This document shows positions 58,720-64,000 of a DNA stretch of 64,000 nucleotides, in pieces. The notes beneath the pieces are model-generated. The model had not been told where the DNA came from. It was given only the letters and a program-made list of their open reading frames with translations, and searched no databases. The stretch spans positions 128,001-192,000 of the forward strand of contig JAITVV010000056.1 of the NCBI GenBank assembly GCA_031285625.1, in the 5' to 3' direction. Origin of the DNA: Prevotella sp. (lineage in GTDB: Bacteria; Bacteroidota; Bacteroidia; Bacteroidales; Dysgonomonadaceae). The first letter of the stretch is position 1. Each line of letters opens with the position of its first letter. Made by a program: the position numbers and the translations under genes.

Positions 58720-61521
58720 TTAATATTTAAAATGCTTAATCTCAGATTCTTTTCCATTCAATGTAGACGCTATAGAAATCGTGCCTCTGCTCAAAGGCAA
58801 TTGTTTATTTATATGAATAAAATCAATTCTTGAAGCTCTGATATTTATAGTTTCTACTGCTTGAGTCCTTTTATCCGTTATTCGAACGACATAACCATCA
58901 GCCCTTGGAGGAGGAGTAAAAGACAGTATGCACAGACCTTTACCCTCAATAATACCTATAGGCTTTGGTGCTTTCGGAGCGCTCTCTTTTGTTGTTTCCA
59001 CTTCTATATCATGGGACCAGTCACTAGCAAACCCCCATTCCATAAGCCGTCTCATACGTATAAAATATTTAGTATCTTCTTTAAGACCATCAATTCTTAT
59101 CATTCCTTTGTGTGGTAGCTGCAAATAACTGTTTTCATCATAGATCGATGCAGTATCTCTGTATTGTATTTGATAAGTATAATCTTGTTCTGAACTCGAA
59201 AAGCTAATATTGCATGTATTATCTTCACAGATTGTAGACCATATTACAGGAGGTTTTTCGTTACTTGATGTGGTGACCTCAAACGGATGCGGCTTGCTTT
59301 CTCCAAAGTTGTTGAGGGCAATCAATTCCATCTGATATCTTTTATTATATTTCAAATCATGGATTTCTACAAAATTATTAATTGTTTCAGCAGTCTCTTT
59401 TATTGTTCCTTCGTCATCAGTATATCTCACTTTCCATGCTGTAGCTAATGGAGACTGCTTAAATATCACCCTAACTGATTTGATATCAGTGTGGATTGCC
59501 AATACTTCCGGTTGTCTTGGCAATACTAGCAATGCAATGGTATCCATAACCGAATAACCAAGTGCTGAAACAAGTGACAGTCTTATACTACTGAACTGTT
59601 TTAAATCTTTTTTCCAATCCAAATTGATATTTGCCGGCTGATCCCCAGGATTAAGTGCTCCGATGTATTGGAAACCACCTTCAATCAGTTGACCATTGAC
59701 GTCAAGGCCTTGCCAAATGACCTTATAGTCTTCCAAACTATAAGACGGGATATCACCAATTTCACGAGGTGTTATAATTACATTGTTATAATCTTTGAGG
59801 AACATTTTTCTTACGGGTGCATATTCTTTTCTAAACTGATAATATGCCCGTTTCTTTTCTCTCGTTGTGGTTACTACTCCCCAACTCCTATTACCTGACG
59901 AAGGGGTTCCCGAATAAGAACTTCTATAGTCGTTGAATGTCCAATATGATGCACCAACAATATATGGCTTATCTCTCATTTGTGACAGCATTTCAGCGAC
60001 ATTAATAAATCCAAGATTCGGATCTTCCGAAGTGATTTTATTACCAAATTCAGAATAGAAAATAGGTTTTCCCGGATAGTATGTATTTGTTTTTATGGCA
60101 TCTTCTCCCCAGTTGCTATATCTATTTAGCATAATCATATCAGAAAAAACAATCGCATCGTTCTTGTTGATATGTGCAGAGTTAGATACGTAAACGGCTA
60201 ACCTTGTACTATCTAGCTGTTTAGAATGTTTTATAGCCCCTTCTACATACTCCCTGACTTTGGGATTCATGCTAGGATAACCAATCTCGTTACCAACACT
60301 CCAACCAATAATAGAGGGATGATTAAATCTTTCTTTAATCATTCTTGCCAGCCACTCTTTAGGTGTAGGATGTTCAGGGTCTACCATTTCATCTTTTCCC
60401 CACAAAGCAACTTCTTCGAAAGTCATAATTCCTTTCTCGTCCAAGTAGTCTAAAAATGATTTGGGTAAAGGTTGATGGTTTAAGCGAGCCATATTAGCCC
60501 CTATTGATTTCATGAGGTCAACATCTTCCATTATACGCCACATGGGCAATGTGCTTCCTATTGTTCTATCTTCTGGAACAAGATTGAATCCTACTGTTCT
60601 TACAGCTTCTCCATTGAGCAAAAAACTTTCTCCTTTAACCTCAATTTTGCGAATTCCGAACCGATCATTCAATTCATGTATCACCTTTCCCTCTTTCTTC
60701 AATTTTATATTACATGTATAAAGATAAGGAGAATCGAAATGCCATAAATTTACATTGTTTTTAGGAAGAAAGATAGAGGATATTATCCCTTTTTTTTCAC
60801 CACCAGACACATTTGTCAATGCCTTTTCATTATAAACAATCTTTTTTTCTGCATTTACTATGTTTATCTCATAATCCAACTTCTGACTCAAGATCCCATT
60901 ATTGGATAGTTCAAATTTAACATTTATAGCAGCATCCATTTTTTTTAGGTCAGGAATAGCTGTAATGTGTATATATTCCAGCCGTTCTTTTTCTGTTACC
61001 TCTAGCCATACCGGTCGTCTTATTCCTCCCCAGTTCCACATTGCTCCTCGTTTGAAAGTATTGTCTACTAATACCGTTATTTTGTTTTCTTCCCCAAATT
61101 TCAGATATTTATCAATATCGAAAGAGAATGACAAAAATCCTAAATGATTTTCACCTACTTTTTGTCCATTAATCCATACAATAGCATCATTATAGACAGA
61201 TTCAAAAATCAGACGGATCATTTTATCGGTTTTGTCAGCCTCTACAAAAAAAGTGCGAGAATACCATGCTTTTCCAGCATAATTGGAATATTCATTCTCT
61301 ATATCCCAATTACCAGGAACTTGCATGTTTTGCCATGTTGATATATCCATTAATTCAGAATACCATTTATCTTCAATTCCCTTATTGTAAGGGTCTGTCT
61401 TGAAACTCCAAACTCCATTTAAAGGAATGTTTTTATTTACAGCTTCAATTCTATGAATTGTTCCAATAAAACATAGGAAAAGTGTAAATATCACAACCCT
61501 TATTCTAATTTGACCATCCAT
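58720..61521 (-). CDS. GH2 glycoside hydrolase with C-terminal FN3-like domains
   Basis: Signal peptide; GGIRRPV, FGIRKI, WSVGNE acid/base, PIFYSEFG nucleophile; beta-sandwich repeats at C-terminus. Confidence 0.88.
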   Translation of the reverse strand: MDGQIRIRVVIFTLFLCFIGTIHRIEAVNKNIPLNGVWSFKTDPYNKGIEDKWYSELMDISTWQNMQVPGNWDIENEYSNYAGKAWYSRTFFVEADKTDKMIRLIFESVYNDAIVWINGQKVGENHLGFLSFSFDIDKYLKFGEENKITVLVDNTFKRGAMWNWGGIRRPVWLEVTEKERLEYIHITAIPDLKKMDAAINVKFELSNNGILSQKLDYEINIVNAEKKIVYNEKALTNVSGGEKKGIISSIFLPKNNVNLWHFDSPYLYTCNIKLKKEGKVIHELNDRFGIRKIEVKGESFLLNGEAVRTVGFNLVPEDRTIGSTLPMWRIMEDVDLMKSIGANMARLNHQPLPKSFLDYLDEKGIMTFEEVALWGKDEMVDPEHPTPKEWLARMIKERFNHPSIIGWSVGNEIGYPSMNPKVREYVEGAIKHSKQLDSTRLAVYVSNSAHINKNDAIVFSDMIMLNRYSNWGEDAIKTNTYYPGKPIFYSEFGNKITSEDPNLGFINVAEMLSQMRDKPYIVGASYWTFNDYRSSYSGTPSSGNRSWGVVTTTREKKRAYYQFRKEYAPVRKMFLKDYNNVIITPREIGDIPSYSLEDYKVIWQGLDVNGQLIEGGFQYIGALNPGDQPANINLDWKKDLKQFSSIRLSLVSALGYSVMDTIALLVLPRQPEVLAIHTDIKSVRVIFKQSPLATAWKVRYTDDEGTIKETAETINNFVEIHDLKYNKRYQMELIALNNFGESKPHPFEVTTSSNEKPPVIWSTICEDNTCNISFSSSEQDYTYQIQYRDTASIYDENSYLQLPHKGMIRIDGLKEDTKYFIRMRRLMEWGFASDWSHDIEVETTKESAPKAPKPIGIIEGKGLCILSFTPPPRADGYVVRITDKRTQAVETINIRASRIDFIHINKQLPLSRGTISIASTLNGKESEIKHFKY

Positions 61522-62569
61522 TGTTGTTCTTATTTATCGGTTTATGCATCATGTACTTCTCAATTAAAATAGCCATCTCTTGAAAGGAATATTTATGTTT
61601 TAATATAAAATGTTGTCCATTTGAATAGGCTTTCCAAGTATTGCTTCCGTCATCATTTATGGATACCGTTCCTCGTTCTATATTGAAGTATTTATCTCCG
61701 CAAACAGCGGCTAATACGGCTGTTTGGTCATAACTGGCTCTTCCTCCCATTTCGTATCTTGAATTGTCAAATTCAATCATGTCCTGAGGAATAGAAATTG
61801 CATAAGCATCTTTAATTGGATTGTTGTTTGTTTCTTTTATCAATCTATCTCCTGTTCTGATATATCTGCCAATTTCGACGCCACTAAATATTATACAGGA
61901 TGGCCAATTTTCCACAACATATTTGGTGCTTACGGCATCGGCATACGCATTATACTCTTTACCTTCAGGAAAACGGCATGCCATAGAGATTAACTCTTTT
62001 ACTTTTACAGTCACTAACTCTTGGCCTGACATATTACTTATTTCATCTGGAGGGGATTGTAATAGGTTTTTGAGATTTGTAAAAAAACCAACAGTAACAA
62101 TAATTACACTATTATCAGCTTGCTGAGACAGTATCTGTCGATATACTTTGACAGCGTCCTCCGGTTCTGAAGATATAGATTGGCTGAAAGGATATTTTTT
62201 CAATAGCTCTTCTGTCCATTTTTCGCCTTTATGCCATGTGTCATTATTTTTCGCATTTGTATCTTTAGTAACACCTATAGGTATATTGGGCTTATTGAAA
62301 TAAGTATTTATCATACTTATAAGTTGAGTTGTATTCTCCATCTTATTTGACGAAACGGTAGCCAAAATATCAACATAACCACTATCCGCAAATGCGTGAA
62401 GAACTGCCAATGCTCCCACATCATCGTAATCTGGTCCCATATCTGTATCAAAGATAATAGGAATAGGTCGGCTTCGGGGCGAATCAGGAGTCGTTTGCCA
62501 GGTACAAGAAGTATACGCTCCTATTATTAGCAGTATCGTTATAACGAATAGGCTTGTTCGTATTTTCAT
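61505..62569 (-). CDS. Nucleoside hydrolase-family lipoprotein
   Basis: Lipobox-like YTSC; IIFDTDMGPDYDD; VGFFTN; EYN; YDQTAVL. Confidence 0.85.
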   Translation of the reverse strand: MKIRTSLFVITILLIIGAYTSCTWQTTPDSPRSRPIPIIFDTDMGPDYDDVGALAVLHAFADSGYVDILATVSSNKMENTTQLISMINTYFNKPNIPIGVTKDTNAKNNDTWHKGEKWTEELLKKYPFSQSISSEPEDAVKVYRQILSQQADNSVIIVTVGFFTNLKNLLQSPPDEISNMSGQELVTVKVKELISMACRFPEGKEYNAYADAVSTKYVVENWPSCIIFSGVEIGRYIRTGDRLIKETNNNPIKDAYAISIPQDMIEFDNSRYEMGGRASYDQTAVLAAVCGDKYFNIERGTVSINDDGSNTWKAYSNGQHFILKHKYSFQEMAILIEKYMMHKPINKNNNGWSN

Positions 62570-62661
62570 GGTATAATCAATTTATGATAGTAAAAGAGAA
62601 AGATTAGAGAAACACAAGATACTGTAATCTTGTCTTTTTCTAACCTTTCATTATTGAAAAT

Positions 62662-64000
62662 CTATTTGTGCGTTACGTTAGTTTCTTCTCCAACCCCAGT
62701 AGGTGTGAAGTTTTTGTCAGTTGTTAGCAATATCTTGTCACATCTAACCCAGAAAAGAGAAGTGTCAAGCATCTCTATATTACAATCTCCTTCCGAGAGA
62801 GTAAATTCGCCTCCATACTGCCAATCGTAAGGTTCTGTACTTCCGTGGGTGCCAAATGGTTGAGTGGCAGATTTTCCATTTATACTTACCTCAAACTTCC
62901 GACGTCCAGGCTGATCATTAACCATATCTTTTGATCTTACCCAAAGATGATATTTCCCCGATTTAGTTATACTAAACGTTGTTTTGGCAATCAATAAACT
63001 CTCGTCTTCCGGTTTCTTAGTTTGCCCCATCAAAACCCTATTACCTGCATCTGAACCAACGGTCCACCCTCCTTTGTTTGTAAAATCTTCGGATTCAATC
63101 CAAAAGGTAATTTTTTCTTGTTCTTTTTCCACATGCTCCACATTGCCATCACCACCTATACCACTAGGGACAAAATTTTTATCTGACGTAAATAGCATTT
63201 TGTCACATTTAGCATAATAACAAGAACTATCATATAACTCTATTTCATTCTCTCCTTCGTTCAGATATACAGATCCTCCTTTTTCCCAATCATAAAGATT
63301 ATCACTGGCATGTTTTCCAAATCCAGGGAATACTGCTCCATTAACACGTACTTGGAAGTGTCTTGTTCCGGGTAAGCTGTTTTTGAAATCTTTTGATCTT
63401 ACCCAAAGAATATATTCTCCTGCTTTTTCTACTTTTATTCTTGTCCTCGCAAATTTATCTTCCTCAACCTCAGGTTTCTTAGAGTTCCCCCCTAATACCA
63501 TGTGGTTTTCATCCCGTAGTTCAGTCCACCCTCCTTTTTCAACAAAATCTTCTGCTTCAACCCATAGGTCTATGCCCTCTGAAGATGTTTCTCCCTCCAT
63601 CTCTTTCAGTACTTGTAAAAAATATTTCTTTCTGTTTTTGTAAGCATCAGATTCCTCATTTGGCTCAAAGCAGCGGAGATAGTCCCATAAAACCTCACTA
63701 TTACCTTCCGGAGTTTTAGTTGCTATAGTAGTCAACCACAAATGAATTTTTTGGTGTTGAATATTTCTAATATCTACTGTTTTTATTAGATTTCCATTCA
63801 GAAAATAATTTATGTATTCTTCTGCATACTCAAATCCGTATGTATTAAATTGGGTAGTAAGGTCTACATCTCCAAAGTGCATATCTCTATGAATAGAGTT
63901 GTTCTTGAAATTAGGCCACTCTCCTTCGACCTGATACATTCCAAATGTGTATGTTGTATTATCATAATCAGCAGTATGTTCGAAACAGTCAATCTCTGTT
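62662..64000 (-). CDS. GH16-family glycoside hydrolase with two tandem C-terminal CBM-like modules (5' end outside window)
   Basis: Frame open to window edge; EIDCFE (ExDxxE) at 63979-63996; FNTYGFEY, DYLRCF; two internal repeats of about 148 aa. Confidence 0.78.
   Translation of the reverse strand, partial: TEIDCFEHTADYDNTTYTFGMYQVEGEWPNFKNNSIHRDMHFGDVDLTTQFNTYGFEYAEEYINYFLNGNLIKTVDIRNIQHQKIHLWLTTIATKTPEGNSEVLWDYLRCFEPNEESDAYKNRKKYFLQVLKEMEGETSSEGIDLWVEAEDFVEKGGWTELRDENHMVLGGNSKKPEVEEDKFARTRIKVEKAGEYILWVRSKDFKNSLPGTRHFQVRVNGAVFPGFGKHASDNLYDWEKGGSVYLNEGENEIELYDSSCYYAKCDKMLFTSDKNFVPSGIGGDGNVEHVEKEQEKITFWIESEDFTNKGGWTVGSDAGNRVLMGQTKKPEDESLLIAKTTFSITKSGKYHLWVRSKDMVNDQPGRRKFEVSINGKSATQPFGTHGSTEPYDWQYGGEFTLSEGDCNIEMLDTSLFWVRCDKILLTTDKNFTPTGVGEETNVTHK

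Overview
Chromosomal segment of a Bacteroidales bacterium; gene content and TAnnTTTG promoters suggest a Dysgonomonas-like organism (inference). Bases 1-46044 are mostly core genome: a carboxyltransferase, a VIT-vWA-TPR-DUF2135 protein, ferritin, pdxB, an isolated SusC/SusD pair, the tRNA-Thr/tuf/tRNA-Trp/secE/nusG/rplKAJL/rpoBC cluster, rpsU-xerC-hpf, sufB, maf, ogt, probable glycine-lipid acyltransferases, an M64 peptidase, lptD, a transglutaminase-like lipoprotein, ahcY, manC and tRNA-Leu(CAA). An accessory island starts directly after tRNA-Leu. It carries an IetA/IetS-like AAA+ ATPase and S8 protease pair in a convergent, 3'-overlapping layout, an XRE regulator, a relaxase/MobC/oriT/excisionase module with no integrase in the window, a probable truncated IS982 end just upstream of an esterase, and a GH16-nucleoside hydrolase-GH2-ribokinase-permease cluster running off the right edge. 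Best leads: (1) an rpsU 5' leader with an 11-nt extended Shine-Dalgarno, a 3-codon uORF and mutually exclusive hairpins, plus a strong SD on hpf in the same cluster, a candidate bS21-sensing switch; (2) the convergent IetAS-like locus; (3) a putative ribose-containing-glycan utilisation locus. All calls are by eye; no searches or folding computations were run.
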